A DNA stretch of 15,511 nucleotides. Source: a candidate division WOR-3 bacterium (GTDB lineage Bacteria; Hydrothermota; Tepidihabitantia; Tepidihabitantales; CAIPLT01). Location of the stretch: positions 1-15,511 of the forward strand of contig CBFGJZ010000020.1 of assembly GCA_965649215.1 (NCBI GenBank). Direction: 5' to 3'. The position numbers and the translations under genes are program-made. This document shows positions 15,353-15,511 of the stretch, piece by piece. Below the pieces are notes generated by a model. The model saw only the letters and a program-made list of their open reading frames with translations. It had not been told where the DNA came from and made no database searches. How positions within the stretch are numbered: position 1 is the stretch's first letter; every line of letters begins with the position of its first letter.

Positions 15353-15511
15353 AGTGGCGAGTGATTTTAATTGTGGCTATTGTCATCTTGTTGATGGGCG
15401 GGATTTTTTTTGCCGTGATTAAACATTATAATTTTTTAAATATTAACCGACCTAAACCAATTGACTATAGTTATCGTAGTCAGATTCGATTAGAAATAAT
15501 AAACTGCTCGG
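15349..15511 (+). CDS. membrane-anchored protein, probably LytR C-terminal domain-containing (partial, runs off the window)
   Basis: ATGA overlap with the upstream stop. Translation MKWRVILIVAIVILLMGGIFFAVIKHYNFLNINRPKPIDYSYRSQIRLEIINCS... shows a TM helix, then IRLEIINCS, resembling the LytR_C start IxVEVLNGxG. Not in the ORF track because it has no stop in the window. Confidence 0.6.
   Translation, partial: MKWRVILIVAIVILLMGGIFFAVIKHYNFLNINRPKPIDYSYRSQIRLEIINCS

Overview
Low-GC bacterial chromosomal window, mostly housekeeping genes of a diderm organism. The OmpA architecture and the style of a type IX secretion (T9SS) tail suggest an FCB-adjacent lineage such as candidate division WOR-3; this is inference only. 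Gene order: [-] multi-repeat OmpA protein and an uncharacterised lipoprotein; [+] lolA, PaaI thioesterase, rimO; [-] rsmD-coaD-obgE-dprA; [+] YbbR/CdaR-like gene, tsaD; an ~840 bp AT-rich gap; [+] rpsM-rpsK-rpsD-rpoA-rplQ-panD, an N-terminal-domain-only GlmU-like nucleotidyltransferase, and a probable LytR_C membrane protein running off the right edge. I found no rRNA, tRNA, CRISPR array, transposase or defence system, and no complete novel system can be supported. The points most worth following up are: (1) a frameshifted T9SS C-terminal-domain remnant in the gap whose codons contain a palindromic repeat half-element; (2) an alpha operon detached from the S10-spc cluster, with its own promoter and a second one before rpsD; (3) several genes with a -10 box 5-7 nt before an ATG that has no Shine-Dalgarno (SD) sequence, suggesting leaderless mRNAs; (4) a ~9-aa insertion in the RNA polymerase alpha-CTD; (5) a perfect 16-bp palindrome on the rsmD-coaD promoter; (6) an unexplained, motif-rich ~500 bp non-coding stretch.
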